A stretch of DNA of 64,000 bases from Clostridia bacterium. GTDB taxonomy: Bacteria; Bacillota; Clostridia; Oscillospirales; CAG-272. The DNA is taken from the NCBI GenBank assembly GCA_017481595.1, contig JAFUOY010000022.1, positions 40,713-104,712 of the forward strand, in the 5' to 3' direction. A model generated the notes under the pieces. It was given only the letters and a program-made list of their open reading frames with translations, had not been told where the DNA came from and ran no database searches. The position numbers were made by a program, and so were the translations under genes. Below, piece by piece: positions 1-9,096 of the stretch; position 1 is the first letter of the stretch, and every line of letters starts with the position of its first letter.

Positions 1-840
1 TATAATGAGGTTGATGACCAGTACGCTATTGCCTATATGTTAAGATCCCCCGAAAGAGTAAATCTTAAGGCAATATACGCAGCACCCTTTTCAAACCCAA
101 AAAGCCAATATAATAGCGGCGTGGGGATGGAGCTTAGCTATAACGAAATAAAAAGTATTCTTACTCTTGTAAAAAGCGATACTCCCGTTTATCGCGGCTC
201 AAATGGGTTTTTGAGTAACGAAAGCGCGCCGATATGCTCGGAGGCGGCGGAGCATCTTGCAAAATTGGCTATGAATTACAGTAAGGAGAGCCCTCTTTAC
301 GTGGTTGCTATCGGCGCTATTACCAATATTGCCTCCGCAATTTTGATAAATCCCGAAATATACGAAAGAATAGTTGTGGTATGGCTTGGAGGTAACGCCC
401 GACATTTCTCCGACACTAAGGAATTTAATATGTACCAGGATATTGCCGCATCAAGAGTGGTAATGGGTAGCGGAGTACCCTTTGTTCAGCTTCCCTGTAT
501 GGGTGTAGTCAGCGAATTCAGGCTTTCCCACGCGGAAATAGAAAAATGGCTTCTTGGTAAAACGCCCCTTTCCGATTATCTTGGCAGATATACTATAAAG
601 GAGGCGGAAAGCTACGCAAAGGGCAGACCCTGGACAAGAATTATATGGGACGTGTGCGCAGTTGCCTGGCTCTTTAACGAAAACGGCAGATTTTTACGTT
701 CCCGAAAGGAAAAGATGCTTTTGTCAGATTATGACGGAATGTACGAAAAAGAACCGCTTTCCTATACGATGGAATACGTTTACTGTATAAACAGGGATGA
801 GCTTATGTATGATCTTATAAAAAAGATAACGGAGGAATAA
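1..840 (+). CDS. nucleoside hydrolase (inosine/uridine-preferring family), 5' end cut by window edge
   Basis: The frame is open from nt 1 (YNEVDDQYAIAYML...), upstream of the tracked ATG at 37. AIGAITNIA and VVWLGGN segments are typical of IU-nucleoside hydrolases. Confidence 0.75.
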   Translation, partial: YNEVDDQYAIAYMLRSPERVNLKAIYAAPFSNPKSQYNSGVGMELSYNEIKSILTLVKSDTPVYRGSNGFLSNESAPICSEAAEHLAKLAMNYSKESPLYVVAIGAITNIASAILINPEIYERIVVVWLGGNARHFSDTKEFNMYQDIAASRVVMGSGVPFVQLPCMGVVSEFRLSHAEIEKWLLGKTPLSDYLGRYTIKEAESYAKGRPWTRIIWDVCAVAWLFNENGRFLRSRKEKMLLSDYDGMYEKEPLSYTMEYVYCINRDELMYDLIKKITEE

Positions 841-842
841 TT

Positions 843-1694
843 GTGTACGAAATAGGACTTTCCACCCCGGGATTTATAAATGAGCAGCTTTTTTCCGACA
901 TGGCAGATGCGGGGATAAAGCATATTGAAATTTCAGTTGATAAGCGGCAAAGCGACGCTCTTGATTACGGGAAGCTCAAGGAATGGTCGGAAAAATACGG
1001 CGTAAATCTTTGGTCCTTCCATCTTCCCTTTTATCCGTTTTCGGAAATAGATATTTCAAATCCCCTCCTTGCGGAAAAGAGTGTGGATTATTTTAAGGAA
1101 TTTATAGAAAAGGCATCAAGGATCGGTATTCATAAATATATTATTCACGCAAGCGGTGAGCCTATAGACGAAAAGGACAGAAGGGCTCGTATGGAGTGCG
1201 CCAAAAGCAGCCTTTTCAAGCTTGCGGAGATAGCAAAGGAATACGATAGTATTATCTGTGTTGAGGACCTCCCCCGTACCTGCCTCGGCAGAAGCTCAGA
1301 TGATATTTTAGAGCTTATTTCCGTTCACGAGAATTTAAGGGTATGCTTTGATACTAACCATCTTCTTGACGAGGAAATAGTTAAATTTATCCACAGGGTA
1401 GGGGATAAAATAGTGACCACCCATATTTCCGATTATGATTTCAATAATGAAAGGCATTGGCTCCCAAAAGAGGGAGATATAGATTGGCAGGAGCTTATTT
1501 CCGCTCTTAAGGACGTAAATTACGGTGGCATCTGGCTCTATGAAATAGATTTTGGCTGCCCTTGGACGATCAAAAGAGACAGAGACCTCTGCCCAAAGGA
1601 CTTTAGCGACAATGCAAAAGCCCTCTTTGAAGGAAAAGCTCCCACACCCCTCGGTAAACGAGTTGATGGACTCCTACACTGGACAAAAGGATAA
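843..1694 (+). CDS. sugar phosphate isomerase/epimerase (xylose isomerase-like TIM barrel)
   Basis: 283-aa ORF with a GTG start 3 nt after the previous stop. It shows the family pattern (IEIS..., WSFHLPF, IIHASGEP, VEDLP, CFDTNH). Confidence 0.7.
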   Translation: MYEIGLSTPGFINEQLFSDMADAGIKHIEISVDKRQSDALDYGKLKEWSEKYGVNLWSFHLPFYPFSEIDISNPLLAEKSVDYFKEFIEKASRIGIHKYIIHASGEPIDEKDRRARMECAKSSLFKLAEIAKEYDSIICVEDLPRTCLGRSSDDILELISVHENLRVCFDTNHLLDEEIVKFIHRVGDKIVTTHISDYDFNNERHWLPKEGDIDWQELISALKDVNYGGIWLYEIDFGCPWTIKRDRDLCPKDFSDNAKALFEGKAPTPLGKRVDGLLHWTKG

Positions 1695-1767
1695 AAAACG
1701 ATACCCTGTGTATGAAAATCATACACAGGGTATACTATTTTTATATCAAAATCAATGTGGAGGGTTT

Positions 1768-2703
1768 ATGTGTACCGTTATATCAAAATCTATTGACTGT
1801 CTTTATTTTGGCAGAAATATGGATATAGAAAAAGGCTTTGGCGAGGAGATGGTATTCATACCCCGCAATTTTCCTCTTAGCTTTAAGGCAGAGAGGACGG
1901 TAGAGCATCACAATGCTTTCATGGGAATAGGCGCTGTTATGGACGGCTATCCAATGATGGCGGAGGGAGTAAACGAGCACGGACTTTGTATGGCGGGGCT
2001 CAATTTCGTGGGGAACGCATTTTACGGGGATATAAAGGATAAAAAAGAAAACGTAGCCCCCTACGAGCTTATTCCCTTAATACTTTCCACCTGTAAAAGC
2101 GTAAGGGAGGCAAAGCGCCGACTTGAATATATAAGCTTGATTTCCGTTCCATTTAAAGAAAACGTACCCCTTCCCACGTTGCATTTTTATATAGCGGATC
2201 AACACGGAGCGTTGGTTTTTGAAGCTATGAAAAACGGAAATCATATATACGATAATTTCGTAGGGGTTCTTACTAATAATCCTCCCTTTAGTGCGCAAAT
2301 GGACTCTCTTGCAAACTATGAAAATTTGACAAATCAGCCACGTATCGGCGCTTTTTCCCTAGGTAAGCCCTATTCCCTTGGGCTTTCCTCCTATGGCTTG
2401 CCGGGGGACTTTTCCTCAAGCTCAAGATTTGTCCGCGCTGTGTACCTGAAGCATTTTTCAGTATGGGAAAAGGGTGAGGAGATATCACAGATGCTACACC
2501 TGTTAGATAGTGTTGCCGTACCGAAGGGCGCGGTTATAAACGGAAGCGGAGAATACCATTACACTCTTTACCAAAGCTGTATTGATACGTCGGAATGTAT
2601 TTATTATTTCCGTACCTACGGCAGTATAAATACCCATCTTGTGCGTATGGATCATTTTAATGCGGATTCAGATAAGATCCAAACTGTTGATATTTATAAA
2701 TAA
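1768..2703 (+). CDS. bsh: choloylglycine (conjugated bile salt) hydrolase, Ntn-hydrolase family
   Basis: The true start is MCT (Cys2 nucleophile) with a GGAGGG RBS upstream. GRNMD, NEHGL and LTNNPPF motifs match CBAH/BSH enzymes as I remember them. The tracked start at 1552 is a spurious extension overlapping the previous gene. Confidence 0.85.
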   Translation: MCTVISKSIDCLYFGRNMDIEKGFGEEMVFIPRNFPLSFKAERTVEHHNAFMGIGAVMDGYPMMAEGVNEHGLCMAGLNFVGNAFYGDIKDKKENVAPYELIPLILSTCKSVREAKRRLEYISLISVPFKENVPLPTLHFYIADQHGALVFEAMKNGNHIYDNFVGVLTNNPPFSAQMDSLANYENLTNQPRIGAFSLGKPYSLGLSSYGLPGDFSSSSRFVRAVYLKHFSVWEKGEEISQMLHLLDSVAVPKGAVINGSGEYHYTLYQSCIDTSECIYYFRTYGSINTHLVRMDHFNADSDKIQTVDIYK

Positions 2704-2704
2704 G

Positions 2705-3412
2705 CTATATTTCATCCCTGAAAAACATCATCTGGCGCTTTTGTCTTCGGTGCCAGCTGATAAATCCGTAAAGGTCGTTTATCAAAAACATAGTAAAGCA
2801 GATTATCATAGGAGTGTAGGAAGGGTCGCTTAATGCGGCAAACACCCAGAGGATAATAAGAATAAGATCGTTACAAGCGTAGCCGATTGCGTAAAATGGG
2901 CTTCTTAAAAACGTAAGATAAGCCGCAATAAAGCTTGTGAGAACGGAAAGGGTGCTAACGATAAGCTTTGCGTTATTTAACGCCTTGAGAATGAAAAAGA
3001 ACCCAACGGTTACAAAAGCGGATATAATAAGCATTATTGCTATCTGCTTTTTCGTAACGCGGCTTATTTTTACCTCATTTGTTTCTCCGTAAGGATTTTT
3101 CATCCAGGAGATAAGGGAAAGCACCGCCATAGGCGCGCTCATACCAAGGTATGTTATCATCTCTCCGTAGTAGCGCAGGCGCAAAGAAATTATTCCGTAA
3201 AAAACAGAGAATATTATAATAAGCACCTGTCCAACCACCATACCCTTGGCAACGAAAATAAGGGCGGTAAGTCCTATTACAGAGGCTAAAACGGTCATAA
3301 TTTCTCCCGTGCCCGATATGGCGTAGGAAATAATAACTCCCAAAATAGAGCATAGCCACAGTATTTTTTCAAACAAGGTCAGCGATAAGATAAGCTCCTT
3401 GATCCTTTTCAT
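2705..3412 (-). CDS. pnuC: nicotinamide riboside (PnuC-family) transporter
   Basis: Polytopic membrane protein with PnuC-like segments (ISWMKNPYG, FMINDLYGF-like C-terminus). I moved the start to the ATG at 3412, which follows GGAGGG. The tracked 36-aa Cys-rich extension covers the leader terminator. Confidence 0.75.
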   Translation of the reverse strand: MKRIKELILSLTLFEKILWLCSILGVIISYAISGTGEIMTVLASVIGLTALIFVAKGMVVGQVLIIIFSVFYGIISLRLRYYGEMITYLGMSAPMAVLSLISWMKNPYGETNEVKISRVTKKQIAIMLIISAFVTVGFFFILKALNNAKLIVSTLSVLTSFIAAYLTFLRSPFYAIGYACNDLILIILWVFAALSDPSYTPMIICFTMFLINDLYGFISWHRRQKRQMMFFRDEI

Positions 3413-3419
3413 GATCCCT

Positions 3420-3479
3420 CCAAAACAAAAACAGCATCCGCAACACATCTTCAATGACCTAATGATGTGTAACGAATGC
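3420..3479 (-). terminator. intrinsic terminator inside the pnuC leader (attenuator)
   Basis: On the minus strand, GCATTCGTTACACATC (3479-3464) pairs with GATGTGTTGCGGATGC (3449-3434): 16 positions with 2 G-U pairs and 1 mismatch. It is followed by TGTTTTTGTTTT and lies between the promoter and the RBS. Confidence 0.65.
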
Positions 3480-3510
3480 ATAGCATTCCTACCCGGTGGC
3501 AGTTTACTAA

Positions 3511-3539
3511 ATTTTAGCACAAGATATATTAAATGTCAA
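3511..3539 (-). promoter_or_regulatory. sigma-A type promoter of pnuC
   Basis: Minus strand reads TTGACA (3539-3534), a 17-nt spacer, then TAAAAT (3516-3511). Confidence 0.6.
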
Positions 3540-3632
3540 TAAATAATTAAAATATGGTAAAACGTTTATTTTCGGTTTATATTTAAAATATAAAATGTAT
3601 AGTGTACAAATATAAATCAAGGCGGTTTTACT

Positions 3633-4367
3633 ATGTCCAAAAATAAAAACAATATTGACACAGGAAAAAGAAAATGGTATTTCAGAGCCTTAAAGAAGGT
3701 AATGAAGATAAAATATAAGGAGCCTACCTTTATTTACCTTGACGGAAATGAAAAATTAAAAGAAGGAAGCATAATTTTAAGCAACCACGAGGGTACGGAT
3801 GCTCCAATGGCGTTTGAAATCTATCATAAGAGCAAATTCAGAATGTGGGGCGCTCACGAAATGAATTCGGGACTTATCCCCTTATACAAGTACCAGACAA
3901 AGGTGTATTATCACGAAAAGAAGCATTGGAATATATACGCGGCAAGGGCGTTTTGCTTGATCGCAAGCCCGTTAACGAATCTCTTTTACAGCGGACTTAA
4001 TCTTATTTCCACCTATAAGGATTCCCGCTTTGCAAAAACTGTAAAGGAAAGCTACGCCACCTTAAAAAGCGGGGAAAATATTATTATTTATCCCGAGGAC
4101 TCTACAAATGGATACCTTGCGGAGCTGGAGGGATTTCACGCGGGCTTTGTAATGCTTTGCGAATACTGTAAGAGAAAAGGCTATGACGTGCCTATTTACG
4201 TTAGCTACTTCAAAAAGAGCAAAAACACCTACATAATCGATAAGCCTGTTATGTATTCACAGCTTAGCGCAGGAGATGAAAGCAAGGAGCAAATTGCAAA
4301 AAACCTTTGTGAAAGATGTAACGAGCTTGGTAAAATGAAAACAGAAAAAGAAGTGTGTGTGAAGTGA
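3633..4367 (+). CDS. lysophospholipid (PlsC-type) acyltransferase family protein
   Basis: HX4D acyltransferase motif (SNHEGTDAP) and a second block YPEDSTNG. Confidence 0.65.
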   Translation: MSKNKNNIDTGKRKWYFRALKKVMKIKYKEPTFIYLDGNEKLKEGSIILSNHEGTDAPMAFEIYHKSKFRMWGAHEMNSGLIPLYKYQTKVYYHEKKHWNIYAARAFCLIASPLTNLFYSGLNLISTYKDSRFAKTVKESYATLKSGENIIIYPEDSTNGYLAELEGFHAGFVMLCEYCKRKGYDVPIYVSYFKKSKNTYIIDKPVMYSQLSAGDESKEQIAKNLCERCNELGKMKTEKEVCVK

Positions 4368-4390
4368 AATTTCACGTAAAATGATAAAAA

Positions 4391-4422
4391 ATGCAGAAGA
4401 GATACCGCTTCTGCATTTTTTC
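4391..4422 (+). terminator. intrinsic terminator
   Basis: ATGCAGAAG / CTTCTGCAT 9-bp stem followed by a T-run. Confidence 0.75.
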
Positions 4423-4573
4423 TGTTTTATGTATTTACAATGTATGAAAAATATGATACAATTTTAAAAATGGTATTTTCAATGTAATTAAATAAAATTT
4501 TTCTTTTGCTTGTAGCTTTTTGCATTATAACCGTAGTATATGGGTAAAAGAATGATAAAAGAAGGAAATATAA

Positions 4574-6403
4574 ATGTTAAAAGAAAAAATATTCAGAAAC
4601 AAGGGCTTTAAATATACCCCCGAGATATTTTTTAAGACGGTTATATGCTCTTGGTTTTTTACAAGCTTTTTAAATTTCTTGTTTTATGAGAAAAAGTACA
4701 CCGATCTTGCCTTCGTACAGGAGAAAATCTTATATATCGTATTGACGGCGGTCATAATGCTGGTGCTTACTCTTGGCTTAACTGCAATAGAGTATTACTT
4801 GGAGGGAAAGAAAATTACGGAATATTCCTTAATTTTCTCCTTTGTGGCGTTTGCCCTTATGACCTTATACGAGGGTAATGCTGATTTTGGCACCGCCTTG
4901 GCTCTTTGTATAGTCGGCGCCATGGTTGCCGCCTATGCGGTAAACAAGGGATGCTTTGATTTTGGAAATGCGGATATAAATAAAAGAACAAAAATAATAT
5001 ACGTTGCTATTATCACATCTGTTTTTGCATTTGTCCTTGCATCCTACGGAGTTTTGAGATATTGGACCTACAGCGCGCCAAACTACGACTTCGGTATTTT
5101 CTGCCAGATGTATTACAATCTGAGCAAGACCTTGATTCCCAACACCACCTGTGAAAGAGATTATCTTCTTTCCCACTTTGCCGTTCATTTTTCGCCTATT
5201 TATTACCTTCTTTTGCCTGTATATTGGATATTCCCCTTTGCGGAGACGCTGCAAATCTCCCAGGCGGTCATTTTATATAGCGGAATTATTCCATTGCTCC
5301 TTTTGGCAAAGGAAAAGGGTTTAAGCAATAAGTTAAGCGCCGCCTTGACCGTTATTTACTGCGCATATCCCGCCCTTTCTATGGGATGTAATTTCGACTT
5401 CCACGAAAATTGCTTCCTCCTTCCCCTCCTTTTGTGGATGTTCTACTTCTGCGAGAGGGAAAAATATATTCCTATGGCTATCTTTACCGTCCTTGCCTTA
5501 ATGGTTAAGGAGGACGTATTTATATACATTGTGATATACGGCATCTTTCTTATAGCCTCAAGAAGAAAATACAAGCTCGGCTCTATAATGTGCGCAGGGG
5601 CTATTGCATACTTTGTAATGGCGTATACCATCCTTACCAAAAACGGATTGGGCATAATGGATGACTCCCGCTTTGGTAATCTTATATTTGGGGATGGCGG
5701 ACTTGTAGGCGTTGTAAAGACCTTCTTTACAAACCCCGCCTACACCTTATCCCAGATGTTTGTGGACGGAAATAACGGACTTACCAAAATAATCTACATT
5801 ATTGAGATGCTGGGCGCTCTTGCATTCTTGCCCTTCATTACGAAAAAGATGTCAAGATATATTTTGATCGCTCCCATCCTTATAAATCTTTTGTCCGCTT
5901 ACCGCTATCAATGTGAAATCGGATTTCAGTATCATTTCGGAATTACGGCGTTCCTCTTTTACGCTACGGTGCTTAACCTTGCGGATCTTAAGCCCAATCT
6001 GAAAAGATATCTTACTATAGTTGCCGTTATGGTGTCAGTATTTTTGTATGTTGCGGTTTTCTTCCCAAACGTGGGCGGCAGATACGAAGCCTGGCGCAAT
6101 GATAAGGAAATGTACAAAAATCTTGATGAGGTACTTGAAACCCAGATACCCGACGATGCTTCCGTTGCCTGTAACACCTACCTTTTGTCCCACTTGAGCA
6201 ACAGAGAAGAGATATATGAAATTTATTATCACTTTGACAAAAACGGAAACGTAAAGACGGACGTTGACTACGTTGTTTATTTCACACGCGGCGCTATGTC
6301 ACAGAATGAAAAGAACAGTATCCCCCAATTCAAGCAGGCAGGATATAAGGAAATATACAGAGATGACCTTATATTTATTTACGTTAGTCCCGATATGCAA
6401 TAA
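4574..6403 (+). CDS. DUF2079-like polytopic membrane protein
   Basis: 609 aa with more than 10 predicted TM helices. The NYDFGIFCQ and HFSPIYYLL blocks resemble DUF2079. Confidence 0.6.
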   Translation: MLKEKIFRNKGFKYTPEIFFKTVICSWFFTSFLNFLFYEKKYTDLAFVQEKILYIVLTAVIMLVLTLGLTAIEYYLEGKKITEYSLIFSFVAFALMTLYEGNADFGTALALCIVGAMVAAYAVNKGCFDFGNADINKRTKIIYVAIITSVFAFVLASYGVLRYWTYSAPNYDFGIFCQMYYNLSKTLIPNTTCERDYLLSHFAVHFSPIYYLLLPVYWIFPFAETLQISQAVILYSGIIPLLLLAKEKGLSNKLSAALTVIYCAYPALSMGCNFDFHENCFLLPLLLWMFYFCEREKYIPMAIFTVLALMVKEDVFIYIVIYGIFLIASRRKYKLGSIMCAGAIAYFVMAYTILTKNGLGIMDDSRFGNLIFGDGGLVGVVKTFFTNPAYTLSQMFVDGNNGLTKIIYIIEMLGALAFLPFITKKMSRYILIAPILINLLSAYRYQCEIGFQYHFGITAFLFYATVLNLADLKPNLKRYLTIVAVMVSVFLYVAVFFPNVGGRYEAWRNDKEMYKNLDEVLETQIPDDASVACNTYLLSHLSNREEIYEIYYHFDKNGNVKTDVDYVVYFTRGAMSQNEKNSIPQFKQAGYKEIYRDDLIFIYVSPDMQ

Positions 6404-6434
6404 AAAAGAGTTGCCACACGGCAACTCTTTTTTT
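6402..6434. terminator. bidirectional intrinsic terminator
   Basis: AGAGTTGCC-ACAC-GGCAACTCT stem-loop flanked by an A-run and a T-run, between convergent genes. Confidence 0.8.
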
Positions 6435-7347
6435 ACACGAAAATATTTATTATACCGATTACAAATCCAATAAGGGCGCCAAGGTTTATAACCGCGCCAA
6501 GCTCCCTTTTCATAACGGACATACAAAGTTCCTCAAGCTCCTTGACGGACATATCGTTTACCTTGCGCTCAACCACGGAGGCAATATCTATTTTTCCCTT
6601 CAGGGTAGAGAGTGATTTTTTTATTATCACCTCGTAAATTTCTTCGATTTTGTTCTTGATAAGGTCCTTATCTATTTCGTAGCCCTCAAAATACTGTGAA
6701 ATGGGAGTCTCGTACACGCTGCTAAGCTTTTCCTCCGCCTTAAGACGGATAACCTCGCTTCCGTCCGTGTCAATGAATTCGTTTACCTTGTCCTTTAACT
6801 GCTCAAGTAAGGAATTTATCAGCTCGTCGGTGATAAACATACCAAACATTCCGAGGGAGGAGCGCTTTTCTTTGATTACGTCTGCGCCTCTTTCGGAAAT
6901 AATAGCCCCGATATCTATCTCCCTTGCCCCCTCGATTATTTTATCGGTAACAAGGGTGCAGGTTTTGTCCTTTAATTCAAGGGATTTTTCCTCGCTTGTG
7001 ATATTAAGGCTAAGCTCCATAGGAGTTTTTGATATAAGCTCCTCAGCCTTTGCGTATATGGCGTCGCTGACGGTATTCTTTATGTTGTCGGAGATAAGTA
7101 TTTCCTTAAGGTCGTCCTCCGTAAAAAGCTCGTTTCCCACCGCGTTACTGATAGCCTTTGCCAGCTTTGGCTTTCTTCTTGGTATAATACCGGGTGTAAA
7201 TGGGAGAGTAAGACCGAATATTTTTATGGGCTTATATGGGTGAAAAAGCATTTTTACCGCAATAAAGTTTGTAATATAGCCTATCAGAGCGCCGATAAGG
7301 GGTCCCGATATATAATTAAGCACTGTCATAATTTCATTCCAGTCCAT
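6433..7347 (-). CDS. DUF445 family membrane protein
   Basis: The N-terminal GYITNFIAVKMLFHPYKP...PFTPGIIPRRK signature and C-terminal TM helix are typical of DUF445. Confidence 0.75.
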   Translation of the reverse strand: MDWNEIMTVLNYISGPLIGALIGYITNFIAVKMLFHPYKPIKIFGLTLPFTPGIIPRRKPKLAKAISNAVGNELFTEDDLKEILISDNIKNTVSDAIYAKAEELISKTPMELSLNITSEEKSLELKDKTCTLVTDKIIEGAREIDIGAIISERGADVIKEKRSSLGMFGMFITDELINSLLEQLKDKVNEFIDTDGSEVIRLKAEEKLSSVYETPISQYFEGYEIDKDLIKNKIEEIYEVIIKKSLSTLKGKIDIASVVERKVNDMSVKELEELCMSVMKRELGAVINLGALIGFVIGIINIFV

Positions 7348-7412
7348 ATAATACCTCCAAATGCTTGTGTTTACTTTATTTTATCATATTTCCATCTTAA
7401 AATCAATGCGCA

Positions 7413-7441
7413 TTGAAATTTTCATATTTTTGTGATATACT
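7413..7441 (+). promoter_or_regulatory. sigma-A type promoter
   Basis: TTGAAA, 17-nt spacer, TATACT, with a TGn extended -10. Confidence 0.55.
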
Positions 7442-7476
7442 AAAATTACAAAATCAGTTTTGAGAGGTAAAAAATT

Positions 7477-7773
7477 ATGGTAAAGCATATGATCGTTTGG
7501 AAGCTTAAGGATGATATCGAAAATAAGGAGGCTACCGCCCTTAATATCAAATCAGCCCTTGAGGGTCTTGTTGGCAAAATAGACGGACTTACGAAAATGG
7601 AGATAATTATAGATAAGCTCCCCTCATCCTCGGGAGATATAATGATGGATTCCGAGTTTGAAAGCAATGACGCTCTTATGGCGTATCAACAGCACCCCCT
7701 CCACGTGGAGATTGCAAACGGTATTGTGCGCCCCTCTGTCAGCGCAAGGCTCTCCCTTGACTATGAGGTATAA
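7477..7773 (+). CDS. Dabb (stress-responsive alpha/beta barrel) family protein
   Basis: 98 aa. The HMIVWKLKD start and the YQQHPLHVE block are typical of the Dabb domain. Confidence 0.75.
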   Translation: MVKHMIVWKLKDDIENKEATALNIKSALEGLVGKIDGLTKMEIIIDKLPSSSGDIMMDSEFESNDALMAYQQHPLHVEIANGIVRPSVSARLSLDYEV

Positions 7774-7776
7774 ATT

Positions 7777-9096
7777 ATGAAGGAAAACGTATTTACAAGG
7801 TCCAAATGGACAATTCTCATCCTCTTTGGCTTGGTTGGACAGATTGCCTGGAGCGTTGAGAATATGTATTTCAACCTTTTCGTTTTTGAAACGGTTGCGC
7901 CCTCCCTTGATACCGTAACTCTTATGGTACAGTTAAGCGGTATCGTGGCAACGGTTGCTACGCTTATCGTCGGTACCTTTTCCGACAAGGCGGGAAACAG
8001 ACGCACCTTTATTTCCGTCGGATATATTATCTGGGGCGTCAGCGTGGCTCTCTTCGGATATATGTCACCCGAGCTTACGAGTAAGCTTTTCGGCATGGAA
8101 ATGAGTAGGGCGGTAACCTTTACCCTTGGCGCCGTAGTCGTTGGCGACTGTATTATGACCCTTTTCGGCTCGGGCGCAAACGACGCCTGCTTTAATGCCT
8201 GGGTTACGGATAACACAACGAAAAGCATAAGAGGAACTGTAGAGGGCGTTTTGTCCATTCTCCCCTTGGCGGCTATGCTTATCGTAGCGGGAGGATTTGG
8301 TATACTCGTTTCCATTATGGGATATTCCACCCTGTTCTTAGTCCTCGGTATAGTTATTTCCCTTTGCGGTGTCATCGGCATATTTTTGGTAAAGGATAGT
8401 GACGAGCTTTCAAAAAGCGGCACTCTTAAGGATATTTTCTACGGCTTTAAGCCGTCCTCAATTAAGGGAAATGCGCCATTTTACCTCACCCTGTGTCTGA
8501 TTATGATATACGGCGTGGCTTGCCAGACCTTTATGCCCTACCTCATTATATATATGAAGACATATCTTGGTTTTTCCGTTATAGAATACAGCGTTGTATT
8601 TGGCGCGTGCATTATTCTCGGCGCTATTATAAATCTTTATCTTACAAGATTGTCCGACAGAAAGGACAAGAGCCTTATGCTTTACATAGCGGGCGGAGTA
8701 TTTACCCTCGGCCTTTTCCTTATGTACATATTCAATAAGGGTAGCAAGACCTCCTTGCTTATCACCTTTGGTCTTGGCGGCTTTATTATGATAACTGGAT
8801 ATATTCTTATATCCGCTCTTTGCGGCTCCATTATAAGGGATTACACTCCCAAGGAGGCGGTAGGTAAGCTTCAGGGCGTAAGAATGGTATTCAGCGTGCT
8901 TATACCTATGGTTTTAGGACCTATGATAGGTAACGCTATAAACAAGGCAAAAAATATTCCCTTGCCCGACCTTGATTCTGCCGACGTAATGACCACAATG
9001 TATATTCCTGCCCCCGAAATATTCTTGGCGGCTGCTATTATTTCCCTTGTTATGATAGGAATTATTCCCCTTTTAAGAAGGAGTATGAAGGTATGA
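7777..9096 (+). CDS. MFS transporter
   Basis: 439 aa with about 12 TM helices. It overlaps the downstream GH2 gene by 4 nt, which suggests a glycoside importer. Confidence 0.75.
   Translation: MKENVFTRSKWTILILFGLVGQIAWSVENMYFNLFVFETVAPSLDTVTLMVQLSGIVATVATLIVGTFSDKAGNRRTFISVGYIIWGVSVALFGYMSPELTSKLFGMEMSRAVTFTLGAVVVGDCIMTLFGSGANDACFNAWVTDNTTKSIRGTVEGVLSILPLAAMLIVAGGFGILVSIMGYSTLFLVLGIVISLCGVIGIFLVKDSDELSKSGTLKDIFYGFKPSSIKGNAPFYLTLCLIMIYGVACQTFMPYLIIYMKTYLGFSVIEYSVVFGACIILGAIINLYLTRLSDRKDKSLMLYIAGGVFTLGLFLMYIFNKGSKTSLLITFGLGGFIMITGYILISALCGSIIRDYTPKEAVGKLQGVRMVFSVLIPMVLGPMIGNAINKAKNIPLPDLDSADVMTTMYIPAPEIFLAAAIISLVMIGIIPLLRRSMKV

Noticed and set aside
1552-1767. 72-codon 5' extension of the bile-salt hydrolase ORF
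   Set aside because: It overlaps the previous gene by 143 nt and would bury the obligatory N-terminal Cys nucleophile. A strong RBS precedes ATG 1768.
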